A stretch of 64,000 bases of DNA from Corallochytrium limacisporum Hawaii (lineage: Eukaryota > Protista > Pluriformea). Below, one piece after another: positions 21,452-34,202 of the stretch. Made by a program: the position numbers and the translations under genes. The DNA is taken from contig PDIP01000077.1 in the NCBI GenBank assembly GCA_002811645.1, positions 1 to 64,000 on the forward strand, given 5' to 3'. A model generated the notes under the pieces. The model had not been told where the DNA came from. It did no database searches and saw only the letters and a list, made by a program, of their open reading frames with translations. The stretch's first letter is position 1. Every line of letters begins with the position of its first letter.

Positions 21452-24400
21452 CCATTGGGTAACCACGGTGTAATGGCCGCGTTCGTCTCTGCCCAGACTA
21501 CAAAATCACCCTCGAGGGGGGAGGAGGAGGGGTTGGATTGGGTTGGGCGATCTCTTAAAATATATTTATCACTTTAGAATCACTTGATTTGATTTTCTTT
21601 GCCCGCCCCTGTGCCTGCTCAGAAATGTCCCGCCGCGGGACGCGCGAGGTGCCTGCTGCAGTGTTGAACATTTGCTGCATAGAAATTGCATACTAATTTA
21701 CATTCCTACATAACACAATGGGTCACAACCGCACAGTTTTGTTCTCTTTCTTATTTCACCATACTGAATGTACTGATCTTGTGGTGCCCACAAACAGTCG
21801 GGCATCCTGATAATGAATCATACACTTTGCCCTGTGGCGGTGGTGCATCTGTGTCTAAGCAATCATGCGGGGAATGCCGCATAGCATGGCCAGTTTTCAC
21901 AATGTCTAGAGATCATCTATACCCGGGATCTTCTACTTCATCTGTCGTATTCACTTCATGTGCAACAATGTGAGTAGCCCAGCTACCTGCTTTGTCAGTT
22001 CCTGTGCCATCCTGCAGATGTACAACAACGGCTTGACATTGGCAAGATCCTCACACTCCTGCGGCGTAGATTCAATACCGGGGACATACAAATGCCCTAA
22101 TTCCAGCCAGTGCTTGTGAATGCAGCCCTGCGTGTGGCAGTAGTCAGAACTTCATCCAAGTTTCGCGCCCGAGGGCTTCAGATGGGAAGACGAGATTTGA
22201 TATAAAATAGAGTGTACTTTGTGCCAATACACTGGTTATGCGGCCTCATCTAGAAAAGAAGGAGGGCCCCGGTTCGTCCCTGCAGTGTTCCCGCCGTTTT
22301 TGTTATCCCTGATTCTCTCCATCTGCTAGAGACACACGGGGCACATACACATCCACAAACAGTGTGCCCTTTGCAAGCTGGAAATGGTGTTCTCCTGCAT
22401 GTCTTTATCCCCCTCATCACTGCCTCCCCGGAGCCCCCCGCGAGCGGACCCCCAATTAATGGCCTTCCTCTGTATAAGCCAGTCTGCGGCAGTGCACCAC
22501 CTTGCGACCGAAAAAGAATCCAATCCAATGGGCATGAAAGGGATGGTACGTGAAGCGCGCGGCAACCGTTTCGGCGTAAACCCCGAACCTTGCCGGAGGG
22601 AGGGACACCTGGAAGGAAATCCCAGCCATCGACGCCAATAGTAAACCAGTCAATCGCAGGAGGAGGTGAGAATGATATCACATACTGCTTCGTGGGTATT
22701 GGAGTTCGCATTGGCTGGTTTGTAGCTTCTGTCTTCAATCCCTCACGAAATGTGATATGGTAGTTAATGTTTGGCCACTTATGACAAAGAGCGGTGACCC
22801 CGACCACAGACTTCAGCATTTCCTGTTCCTTCCGCCACCCAAAAAAAAACACAAAAAACAGCAAAGAAAATTATCCATTGATCGCACAGCCGCGAAGTAT
22901 TTCCGAGGCGGGCCGGGTATTGAATGTGCCACGTGCTGAAATACATGGCACCGAATTTCGGCGGGCTTTGCAAGCGCAACACCGCGGCTCGGCGCCAGGC
23001 ATGCGCCCATAACATTCAGCACAACCTGTCCGCCTGACAGCGCACACAAGAGAGGTGCAAGAAAGGCCAAGAATTAAAAACGGAAAACATTCCAAAGTCA
23101 ACCCAAATGTATTGAGAGTTCATAATGAAGTAAATGTCCACTTGTCTAACAATTGATCCTATCGTTTTTGCTCCTCCATTGAGGCACCCGAGTGCGCGGC
23201 GAAAACAAAGACATGGGGGGAGGGGAGGGGTGTTCCCCGCCCGTGTTCTCTTTACAATCAACAATTAAAACTCTTGCGGTTGTTGTTGTTGTTGTTGAGT
23301 CCCAGCCTGCCTACTGTGTCTACACAGTGTGGGTAATTCCTATCCATTGACTACGCCGCCATTTTTCCCTGGTCACTCTGATCTGTTCTGACCGAAAAAA
23401 ACAAAAAGAGCAGCAGGGTAGACTACTCAACTTTTCCGCTACGTTTTTCTATACTCAATACACTGATCAATAGTTGTTGGCACATGAAGCAAGAACATGT
23501 ACCCAGGCTTAGAATAGAGTCACGGTGGCCTTTCTGAGGCATCTGCAAGAGAGAAGGCCATACCCTAGATTATCGGTGGGATGGCCGGGCAGGCAGTATC
23601 TGGTGTACGGCCTCGTGAGCAACCGCAGCACATCCCGGAATGACCAGGACCAAAAGCTGTGCATAAAGAAAAAGGGAGGGGAGGAGGATTAAAAAGATGA
23701 CTCGGATTACGGCAGCATGTGGTGCTTGAGTACTGTGGTAAGGAGAACACCCCCGTACGAAGAGATCGAGCATGAGTGGACCTGAAAGAGAAGTGCAAAG
23801 AGGAGGTTTACGCGATCAACAGCAAAATCATCCGTAGCGATCGACTACGTTGTACCGTGCACATACCCAATCTGATACTGAGAGAATAGGAGACAGATTG
23901 CCATTTGTGGGAGACATAGGGAAGGAGCCTGACGCATCTGTCGTTGATACCAGCAACACGAGTTAACCATATTTGCGATTGACTCGAATCTTTTCGGATA
24001 CAGACCACTCTTCCTAGTAACTTTTATATTGACATGTTCCACCTAAAAATACAGTTTTACAATTTCCGAAGCAAGCCCCAAGGGCATAGCGGCAATCTCT
24101 ATGTTGCATATTTCCTTTCCCGTTTCTGTGTAGAGTCCAGCCACATAGTAAAATAGAGAACAACCGGGGCTATTCCTCAAACTCTGCAAAAGGAGATCTT
24201 GTTTATTTCAGATCTTTACGATTAGAAAAAGACACTCTGTCGCGGTCGTGATCTACTTCTAGCACTAAGTCCACGATCACTATCGCTTTGTGACACCCTT
24301 TCCACACCCGCCAGGAGATCGGAATCGAAAGGGGAAGAGTCGGGGACGGGTCGACCAGCCCGCATGGCAATTTTCGTGCCCCTCCTCTGCACATTCGATT

Positions 24401-27400
24401 TGCAAATCACAAAGTGCCGACAAAAAAAAAACCAAAAAATAAAAAGAAACCGGTGGAGAAGACAAAGCGATACCCGCTTGTGCAAGCAGCAGCAGAGCAA
24501 GGAGTGCGGGGGATTGTGCTCAGTCCACGGTACACTCCGCACCAAAATTCAGTAAGGATGGATACCAGAAAATTGACAGCAGAAAGGGGGTGGGTAGGGG
24601 CGGGGCAGAGTTGCCAGAGCATCGATTTCCGTTTGCAGAATCAAACCGCGGTGCACCCAACGGAGATTATACACTGGAAACATTGGGTTTGTCGCGGGAT
24701 TAATTGCCAACCCGTCGTGTGCACGCAGAGGAGAAGAGATAGAAGGATTAATACCCAAGAGATTAACAGCTACTACAAGACATTCGGTTTAAGTCACGAA
24801 AACAAAACCCTGCGATCCCCGGGCGCGTGTTGGTGAATGAGATCACCCTTAACACACGCAAACACACCTACATTTTTTTTCCTTTGGGCAACTGCGGACC
24901 ATGAGCGTTCAAGAAGCAAGACAATTGCCTGACTATCTAATAGTCGTCGTCACCTTGAATTCCATGATGGGTGCCCGTTCCCGGTTGCAAACCCGAACTA
25001 CCAGGCCCGCTCGAGCCGCCTTCATACAATATCGATAACTTCATCTCTCCCACTGCGGCAGAATGTCTTTTTCCATTTACTTCTCTACCACCTGCGCAGC
25101 GGCAGCGCTCTTTAAGAGGGATTCATCGCCTCAGGTTGCACGTACCCTGTTCGCCAATGAGCGCCAAGGAATCGCTTGCAAATTACCGGCAGTCAGGAGC
25201 CCCCGCCCCACACGCCTACTGCGAGTGATTGACAGTTCGAAGCCAGCTTGTCCGGTCCCCGCTTTGGCTATTCTGCGCAGCGCTCCTCTGACTCATCATT
25301 TTGCGAAATCACTCTCCCCTACTTGCTCGTATATTCAGTATTAAGAATGCGTACCAGCCGGAGAGCCAGGCAGCCGGACTGGGGAACAAGTCCGCTGTGC
25401 ACACACCGTCCGACATCAAAGCACGTAAGATAAACTGTTCTGTTAGCCCGATACGAATCATTCCATTGTCATAGCGGATCACTGACTTTTACTGGGGGGG
25501 GCTCCCCTCAAAAAGCCACCTAGGACGGCCCGGGTAGGGCCAGGCCAAGCATTGGCCTGGAAAAGCACACACACTAGTAGCAGTGTCACCAAGTGGGTTC
25601 GCCCGCGAAGTCCAGTCCATTCCTTATACTGCAAGTTAACCGCCTACAGCATCATATCACTTCCCCTGAATTGGAAACGGAGAAATGGCGGCCCATTCAG
25701 GGATTGTGTGAGTTCTTGCTGAAAACAACACCGAACTGTGTATAAAACTACTTTCTTAAAAAATAACAAACTCCCGTCGTGAGAATGGGTAACTGCCCGA
25801 AATGTATGGAAAAAAAGAGCCATGTTGATTCCGATACGCTTTCTGAATGCAGGATCTGTGGGAGAATTTGATCACCGATCCATTACTGTCCTTTGCCTTT
25901 GCCACTCCGTTCCATTCTGTGTTTCCATATCCAATGTATCGCTTCTGTCATTGCTGTTTCTTTCGTAAACGAATGCTTACTGTTTACCTTTTCGTGCCTG
26001 GCTGAGCTGATATTAGTGTGTAACTGACGTCTAGTCACGGTGTGGGCGCTCCTCCGTCCAGGCCCTAACATAGAGTACTAATCTGTGTATTAGCTAGCTA
26101 GCTAACACACAAACCGACCCGGAAATATTGATGGTCATTTTCGTCCGAATGAGGTCATTCTGCGACGAGCATCGCAATACTGAACGCATTGCCACATGCC
26201 CCTGTACGCCAAAAAATCACACCGTATAGAGTGTTACCGTACGCCCAAATCTGCGCAAGCAATACTACCAGCCATTCACCATCACCCCTACACACCTCCT
26301 TCCACCTCCGCAACCATGTCCATCTCATCACATTCCTTCTCTCGCAGGTGTTCCATTTCTAACTGATCCTCTGATTTTCTAAGCTACTTTTTGGAAACGC
26401 AGATTCCAACCCGTCAACTCGCTAAGGACGGATATACCCGTCCGGTTCTCTTCGTAAACTATTGTATTTTCACCTTTGGTCTCCCTTTGCCCAGGAGGCC
26501 TTTATAATCGATGTCTGTTTGACTTGCGTTCTTCTCGACGCTTCCTTTCTTCTTCTTTCCGGCGCGCCATCCCCGATCTTTCTTACTTCGTTATCAGCAG
26601 CTAATTTCCTAGTACAATGGAAGACCCTTTGCTTGCTTGCCATGCTGCCACTGGGACAGTTGTCTGCTCGCTCGCTCGCGAGTCCCCGAGTCTTTTATTT
26701 TTTTTCCGTCTCCTCCCCGTTGTCCATTTCGCTGGGATCAAAATTCTCCACTCCGGATTCTCATGTATGTTAAGTATAGAAAAAACCCGGTGCGATGAAA
26801 CACCCAGGCAAGTTGTGGCCGGCGAAAAGAACGTTCAACATAAACTTAGCGGGTTCACTGGCATTTGTGTTCCAGTTTCTCTTTTCTATTTTTGTATCCA
26901 ATTGTCCTCACAGCATGGTGTAAAACGTAAGCGATGCTTCGGAAGGACCGCGATGCGAAGACATATGAGTAGTATTTTCCTGTCCTGCGTGTCTCCTACA
27001 GGGCCCATCAAACTCTGCTCTTTGCAAGGGCCCAAACCTTAGAAAAAGAAAAAAAAATGAAAAAAATGAAAGACGATCGGTCATTCAAAAGAGACACAGA
27101 GTCTGTGCAACAGTTCGGTGGACGGGGTCGGTTGCTATTGGGATGGACCTACGGACGATATGCGCGCATGGCAAGGCGTGGTAGTTGCGTTGGTCAGGCG
27201 TGTCTTTGGCGTTAAAACTCTCTAAGATCCCAGTTTGCGCAATGATTTTTCTTTGTCGGTAAGAGCCCCCTTGTCCGAGGTTTCGAACTGCTCAGCTGAT
27301 TGAGACCCGCCCAATGGCTCAACCATCCTCGCTTCCTCTTTTTTTTTTCTTTTGCGGTCGTGTCTGCTGTCGGCGGTGAAATTTCCCTCCCTTAGTTCAT

Positions 27401-29164
27401 GACCAACTTTTTGCGCCAGCGGACCGAGCCCGCGTGTAGATGGAAGGCAAGCCAGAGTGTGTGTGTTATTTTTTTCTCCCAGTTACTACTACCAAAATGC
27501 CGCAACAGCCTCGTGATTTCCAAAAGCGATAGAGAATGCCTCCACGCTCACTTTCTCTGCCGCACCAAACTCATCTCGCTGGCGAGGGGACTGCCGAACG
27601 GGAAACCGGAGACTCATTTGCAGTAGTCTTGTCCTGCACGGGTACGACCTTCTCTCAGACCCGTGGCTGCCAACTCATTGTGACAGCATAGCGTACCGTA
27701 GCAGCAGCGGGGAAGAAGGTTTTCCACCCAATGCTTGTAATTACAAAAAACTACCCGCACCAAGTCTACGCTCACCTGCTAAACCGCACAAATTATGCGG
27801 CCAGTCTACGCCCTTGATTTCATCTCAGTACTACTACTATTAAATTAGCTGCTCCGCATGTGACGCTGCTCACCATCCATCATGAGCCATGGCTTGAATG
27901 AAATTGCCTCCTCTTGTCGGAAGAAGCAACTATGGTGTTGGCAACTTCCGCATGCTGTGTATGTATAGCCCACGTATATGCCTATTGGTTGCCCCTCTAC
28001 TACCCATATGCGCCCGTGCCTACTGTTGCTGTGCTGCTGTGCTGAAGTGAGTGTGTGTGGGTTGGGGCCCCCCCCAGTGCTCTCGATTCTTTGTCTTTTT
28101 TGGCTGGTCCCTTCGGTAGGGCTCCCCTCCTTTTGCCCCGAGCGGGAGCGCAAAATGAACGGAAAGCTTAGGTATTCTGGCCAATGGTCTTCGTATTTTT
28201 CTGTTGTGACCTGTGGGTCACCCACCAATTCCTCGTGGTGGCTGGCCCCTGTTTACCTTGCAAAGGTGCGATTCCCTGGCTCTTATTTGTCCCTTTCCGT
28301 TTGCACTGGGGCAATGCAGTAGATTCTGGAACCATCCAGTTGACCAACAAAAAGTCCCCGTGCCATGGCGGAAAACCAAAAGCCGTGTTCCTTTCTCATA
28401 ATATTCAGTATGGAACCACGATACGCAGCGGAAGGGGGAGGAGGGGGTGTTACCCCTCCTACCCCTTTGAGCACGCACGCTCTGTTTCCCACTTGCGGGA
28501 GACGCAGTGCACGCCCTTCCCCAGGACAAGCAGCAATATATCAATCCACTGCACCACACCAATCCACTTCAACCAAGCGAAAAGCACGTCAGTGGTGCAA
28601 ATCCTACGCTTCTCCTTCCTTCCTGCGCTACTCTCCCCACAGGGCGTCTCCCCCGCCCCTCTTCTTTCTCTCTCTCTCCCTCTCTCTCTCTTCCCTTCCT
28701 CCTGCGCGTTCGCTCTGCCCCCTTCCCGCTGGGGGGGTGGGGGACCGACCACCCAAAAGTTCCCCTCACCAAGGAGCGCGGAAAAGGATCCAGCGATTTA
28801 ACACGCCCTCCTCCCCCTTCCCTCGTCCTTCCGCCAATCTCTTCCTCCTCTTGCCTGCTCAGTCTCGTGGTGGTGCTTGCGCATGCCGTTGTAGGGGGAC
28901 TTGCCATTGGTTTAGTACCGAAATACTACGGTATCGATTTCCTTCGGAATTCTTGTTTCCCATATCCCCACACTGATTTTCTCTCGCTGTCATGCCTTTT
29001 TTTTGTATTGCTAGGCGCAGATCCCGAGGCCGCGAGCAACATCTATTGATTTAGTATAGATATTTTTTGCCATTGATGGTGGGGGAGGATAGGGAGGCAT
29101 GGGAAAAACTTCCCGAACTGTTGCCATACAGAGATGGAGCGGTAGGGGACCACGGGCGAGCGAT

Positions 29165-29209
29165 GAGAGAGAGAGAGAGAGAGAGAGGGAGACTGGGAGA
29201 GTGAGAGAG

Positions 29210-29248
<39 letters not shown>

Positions 29249-29258
29249 AGAGAGAGAT
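29165..29258. repeat. Interrupted (GA)n microsatellite
   Basis: Directly visible. Confidence 0.92.
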
Positions 29259-30558
29259 GATTTGAAACACCGGGAGAGACCGTGACCAACCCCGCACGTA
29301 GAGAAGGAAAAAATTAATTTTCGTCTCAAATCACGGGGTGGCAACAGCGGTACATAAAGTACTGAACTCGCGGTCACGCCCAGGGGGGGCCCTACCTCTC
29401 CTCCCCTCCCAAGCGGTTCCTCGCCCGTAAAAACTTTTTTTCTTCGGTTCTTGTCCCGTCGGGAATCAACCCTTCCTCCCCTCCCGTTTTCTGTCCCGCC
29501 TTCCCCCCCCCCCTCTCCCTTCCTCCCCATCTCTCCCTTCCGGGCCATTGCCCACTGACTTCGTTGGCAGCTGCTGCCTTTTCGAGTGTGGGTGTGCGCC
29601 GCGAAATCTGCCACTGCCCGGAGACGCCCTTTGTGTTGGTGGGGCCTTACTTCCAAACTTCCAGCACCCAAACAAACCGCAGTGTGAATCTGTTCACCGT
29701 AGGACTTATATTTTTAGTACTGAACGGGCGGCGATTGGGGCAGGGCAGGAGGGTCTTTGGGCGAAGAGATTTTTGGCTCCTGTTCTTGTTTTCTTGCGTT
29801 GGGTTTTGTGTACGTGTGCAAACCTTCCCGGCCACCGCGCAAAAAAAAAAGGGCGGGCTTCGGTGGGTTTTCCAAGGTTCCCGAGCCCGTCCAGCCCATA
29901 GAAAAAGCCTTACGAAGACGGGAAACCAAAAAAAAAATGGAAGAAAAAGGAAAAGGAGAAGTGGGACAATTAAAAAGGAGGAAGCGAAAATAGAAATGAG
30001 ACTTCATACACAAACAGAAAACGGAAGACTGGCTCCCCCCTTGTTACAGGTATGCTGTGATTACGATGGTCCAAAGTCAGTAGTAAATATTCCCGAGATA
30101 TTGCCGGCTTTCGGTATTCCTTTCTTGCCTACCTTGTTCGTCGCTCGACGACGGTGGGGAATCCGATTAAGCACCGAACGCGCCGCATACACGCACGCAC
30201 GCAGGCCTCGTCAGAGCGATGAATTCGACGCCAGTGTCGGTTCTTACGTCCTTGTACCGTTGGTGTTTGTACATATTTTGGCTGATGTGTTTGTGTTCTT
30301 ATCGGCTTATTCGATGTTTCCCTTGGTTGCGAGGCAAAGCACCATTAGGAAGCTGTCGTGTCAGTACAGGTATGTCAAGAACGACATGACGGTTTGTGTG
30401 AAGCCTAGACGAATTGATCGCTGTATAGTGTACCATCGACTAGCGACACACGGTTTTATGCTTACGGGAAAACATAACATATGGTTCTTTAGCAACAGAC
30501 TTTAGTCCCACTCGTTTTAGTTTAACGCAAAATTAGCGCAACAAACTAGAAAGCCGCT

Positions 30559-32172
30559 ATGCGTGTATTTTTACAATCCTTCTGGGCTCTTGTCCTCCTA
30601 CTCTCAATGTCCATGGTTAACGCCATGGCCAATGAGGCCATGGGAAAGGACGACGACGCCCAACAAAACATCAACGGAGAAGAGCACGGGCTTGACGGTA
30701 ACGCAGCGAACGATGCGGGTAAGTATGCATACGTCACTCTGCTTTACGGGTCCACCGAACTCTCCTTGGACCAGCAGTTCATCGGCACTCGCGTTCTGGG
30801 CCAGAGCATTCGTGAGTCGGGAACTCCCCACGAATACCTGGTTCTGGTTACCCCTGGTGTTTCCAACGAGTACATGCGCATTCTTGCTGATGATGGGTGG
30901 ACTGTACGGATGGTCGACAAGGTTAAGAACCCCATCAAAGGCGCTCCGGCCTACTTTGACCAGGTGTACACCAAGCTTGCCATCTGGAACCTGACCGAAT
31001 ATGATAGTCTCGTATTCCTGGATACTGACACTCAGCTGGTCCAGAATGTTGACGAACTTTTTGGCTGCGGTGACTTCTGCGCCAGCTTCCGTCATTCTGA
31101 CAAGTTTAACACAGGAGTCATGGTATTGCGCCCTGACAAAGAGGCTGCCATTGAGATTATGAAGGCTACTGCTGAACTGGGATCGTACACGGGCGGTGAC
31201 CAAGGTTTTCTGAACGAATACTTTGCTGATCTGAATAATATGGAAATGTTCCAGCCTCACTTGAAGTCCGAATACGGTGGTCGCGGCATTCGCCGTCTGC
31301 CTGCGGGATACAACTCTGATGTTGCTATGTACTACATTAATAGCCACTGGGTTATGGACCAGGAAGACATTCACATCGTGCACCACACTCTCGGACCCTC
31401 AAAGCCCTGGAAATGGTGGACTTATCCTGCCCTGGACCTGCACTGGAGCTGGGCCGCCCTCCGTGACCGTCTGCCTGGTGGCCCAAACCAAGGCGTTCAC
31501 AGTGTCTCCAGGAACGCTTTCTTCCCCCTCGTGCGGATGCTCGTGACTGGTGGTATTATCTTTGCGCTGACTGAGGGCCTGCGCCGTTGTGCCGTACATC
31601 GCAGTAGCTTGCTCTCCCCTAGCGCGTGGCAGGCTCTGGACTGGCTCATTGGACCCCGCAGTGTGCCATGCCGTGTGTTTGGTGTGCTTGCTTTCCTTCT
31701 GGCCGTTAAGTGGGCTATCACAGAGACTCCATTGCTCATGCATTACCGCAAGGCCTGGGTTGTGTGCAGCATTTTGTTTGTAGGATATCTAGGCAGCCTC
31801 TTCTATGCTTACTGCCGTATTCTGTACGTTTTGGGTTACGTTGTAGACTCCGAGAAGAAGGCGCGTTTCATTGAGCCTGAAATGACAAAGATCTTCCGCA
31901 CCAAGGTCGGCATCTATCGGGCCTTCCTCATGATGCTTATTCTCATGTATATCTGGGTGTGGGCGTGTGTTTGGGGTGTGTACCAAGCCAGCTTTATGGA
32001 CAAGCACATTGGCAAGGAAGTCCAAGTGGCCGTCTTGATGTACGTTGCCGCCATGATTGGCATGAGCTTCTTCGCCTGCGATCTGTCCCGTGCTTGGTAC
32101 TTCACTGGCGATATGGACCGCAACGTGCCCACCGGCGCATATGCCTTCAAGGCCGCCAAGTTGCTTCCTTGA
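30559..32172 (+). CDS. IPUT1: GT8 glycosyltransferase; inositol phosphorylceramide glucuronosyltransferase (IPUT1/PGSIP6)-like
   Basis: Signal peptide; AYVTLLYG, GTRVLGQSIR, VYTKL, FLDTD, FCASFRHSDKFNTGVMV, SYTGGDQGFLN, HHTLGPSKPW; multiple C-terminal TM helices as in plant IPUT1. Confidence 0.88.
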   Translation: MRVFLQSFWALVLLLSMSMVNAMANEAMGKDDDAQQNINGEEHGLDGNAANDAGKYAYVTLLYGSTELSLDQQFIGTRVLGQSIRESGTPHEYLVLVTPGVSNEYMRILADDGWTVRMVDKVKNPIKGAPAYFDQVYTKLAIWNLTEYDSLVFLDTDTQLVQNVDELFGCGDFCASFRHSDKFNTGVMVLRPDKEAAIEIMKATAELGSYTGGDQGFLNEYFADLNNMEMFQPHLKSEYGGRGIRRLPAGYNSDVAMYYINSHWVMDQEDIHIVHHTLGPSKPWKWWTYPALDLHWSWAALRDRLPGGPNQGVHSVSRNAFFPLVRMLVTGGIIFALTEGLRRCAVHRSSLLSPSAWQALDWLIGPRSVPCRVFGVLAFLLAVKWAITETPLLMHYRKAWVVCSILFVGYLGSLFYAYCRILYVLGYVVDSEKKARFIEPEMTKIFRTKVGIYRAFLMMLILMYIWVWACVWGVYQASFMDKHIGKEVQVAVLMYVAAMIGMSFFACDLSRAWYFTGDMDRNVPTGAYAFKAAKLLP

Positions 32173-32398
32173 AGACAGTAGAGACATGCCACATCTCAAA
32201 GTTTTCCAAATCCTGAAGGAACGAAAGGACCCGCATTCTTTCCTCAACGCTAGCATTTTAGCAATTTTTCCATTTTTCTATTCATCAACATATCATACGA
32301 CATAATTCCATATCTTTCTACATATATCTTCGTTCATCATCCGTGGGCATTTACATTAACGTAAAACGGAAATAAAACAAAAAATCTATACATATACG

Positions 32399-33625
32399 TT
32401 ATGAGTGACATAGCCACAAGCTGGGGTCCAGTTTCACATCAATGGCATTCAGCGCCTCCGTGCAGAGGCTGTGCGCTCCTTCAAGGATGCAGCCATGCGT
32501 GTGCGCAATGTCTACGCCGTTGATACAGTTTGTAACCTTGCTTTCTTGTTTTCTGTGATAGCGCTGCTGTACCCAAGTGCGTAATCGCTTTCTGCGTAGT
32601 GTGACGGTTAAATCCGGATGCCGGTCGTGTCCGATCTCTTCGTCAGTTTCGGTGGTCACCTTGTGGACCCGAATGGTCATCTCGTCTTCCTTCTCGTCAG
32701 AATCGTCCAGGAATTTTTCACGACGAACAACAGTATTGCTTCTGTTTTCCTGGTCCTGCAGGGCGGTTTGAACTCTGGAATGCATCTTAAGTTGCCCTGT
32801 AGCTACCCAGGCGATTGTGTTTGTGTCTGACGGGTGCTTACCCATTGCCCGCAGACGTTTGTGGTGCGTGTTCGGTTCCAATGGGTTGCTGTCCACCAAT
32901 CCACGCTTTCGTTCTCTGAGGTCGCCGTAGTCTGGACCTTGCAACCGAAGCTTCATCATGGCGGACAAATCATCACCTGACAGGTGCTGCGCAGCCAGTT
33001 TACCCAGGGCAAACGCATTCTCCAGGCAGGTGAGGACCGTCCTGCGAACGGCCTGATCACGGCAGCCCAAGAAGAACTCAGACTCAAGTGGACGGTAGGC
33101 CAAGAACGCTGTCCGTTTGTGTTGATGGCGGCCACTTAACACCTCGGTAAGAGCATCCTGCCTAGCTCGTTCATCGTGGAATGCTATTCCAGCGATCCCA
33201 CCAAAGTTGACCACAGTGATTGAAATCCACACACAGCCGTTAACAACCGTGGATGCCACCACATTATTGTAGTAGGGCTTAAGCAGACCATGCAAACGGT
33301 TGCGAATAGATTCCGGCAGTTGAAAATTGTGTTTATCGTCCTTCTGTGCCTTGTATAATGCCCATTTTAGGAGCTCCTTTTCCGGGTACAATGCTGTGTG
33401 GAGTGCATCCACTGAATGCACAACCGCAATCTGTGCGTCAATGTCCCCTTGGGCGCGTGCTATAGCGTCTTCCACAATGACATCGACGTATAGCACCTTT
33501 GAAGCATTCCTACCTTCTTTCCGACACACGGGAAAATGATCGCACAGTTCTGCTGCAGTGAATCGCAGTAAGGTCTTCTCCAGCTTGTGCCGGACAAGGT
33601 GCTCCAGCTCCTTAGCGTTGCCCAT
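32399..33625 (-). CDS. Probable centromere protein N (Chl4/Mis15)-like kinetochore protein
   Basis: 408-aa ORF with motif order resembling CENP-N (LEKTLLR..EL, KWALY, NVVAS..VWISI, LAYRP..FF, LSGDDLSAM, C-terminal ILEGAHSL). Weak, by-eye similarity. Confidence 0.55.
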   Translation of the reverse strand: MGNAKELEHLVRHKLEKTLLRFTAAELCDHFPVCRKEGRNASKVLYVDVIVEDAIARAQGDIDAQIAVVHSVDALHTALYPEKELLKWALYKAQKDDKHNFQLPESIRNRLHGLLKPYYNNVVASTVVNGCVWISITVVNFGGIAGIAFHDERARQDALTEVLSGRHQHKRTAFLAYRPLESEFFLGCRDQAVRRTVLTCLENAFALGKLAAQHLSGDDLSAMMKLRLQGPDYGDLRERKRGLVDSNPLEPNTHHKRLRAMGKHPSDTNTIAWVATGQLKMHSRVQTALQDQENRSNTVVRREKFLDDSDEKEDEMTIRVHKVTTETDEEIGHDRHPDLTVTLRRKRLRTWVQQRYHRKQESKVTNCINGVDIAHTHGCILEGAHSLCTEALNAIDVKLDPSLWLCHS

Positions 33626-34202
33626 GGTTGGCCCGTTTGCTATTCCATAGCCACATACTGTATTTATTCACGAAGGGCAGCCCTTATGAAGGTTCAGCTC
33701 ATGTCAGAACTGTAGGATGTGATGCCTTCTGCTAGTCTGCGGAGCTGTCTCGTCTCCGGCATCCATCATTCGTCATCGTCCTAAGTAGCTTGGTCCCTTC
33801 GCTACCCTGTGGCTCCCGGTGAGACTCTCCTCAGGCCTGGGGGCCACTGACAAGGGCAGATCGATACGGGGTTGGACGGCGGAAGAGGGAGGGGTTGGGG
33901 TGGGGTGGGTACCGTTGATCCGGTGCCAGGGAAAGAACGGAGGGAGGCCCTGAGGGCCCCCTTCGCGCCAATTTTCTCTCTCTTCGACCGCCTCGCTGGA
34001 GGGTTGTTGAGCTCCCTGGTCTAAACTGCCAAGGAAGCTGCAGCCTGTGGTGTGCGAGTGTGTTTTGAGCCTGTCAGTTAGAGCCGACAAGCGACAGACT
34101 GGTAGAAGAGGGCAGGTGAAGCGTACTTAAACACCAGATGTGTAAGTTCAAAATAGACTTAAACTTTATCATAGACTGAAGTACTATTCATCAGAACAGA
34201 AA

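Noticed and set aside
29564-30505. 313-aa ORF upstream of IPUT1
   Set aside because: TTG start, homopolymer-driven composition and no recognisable domain.
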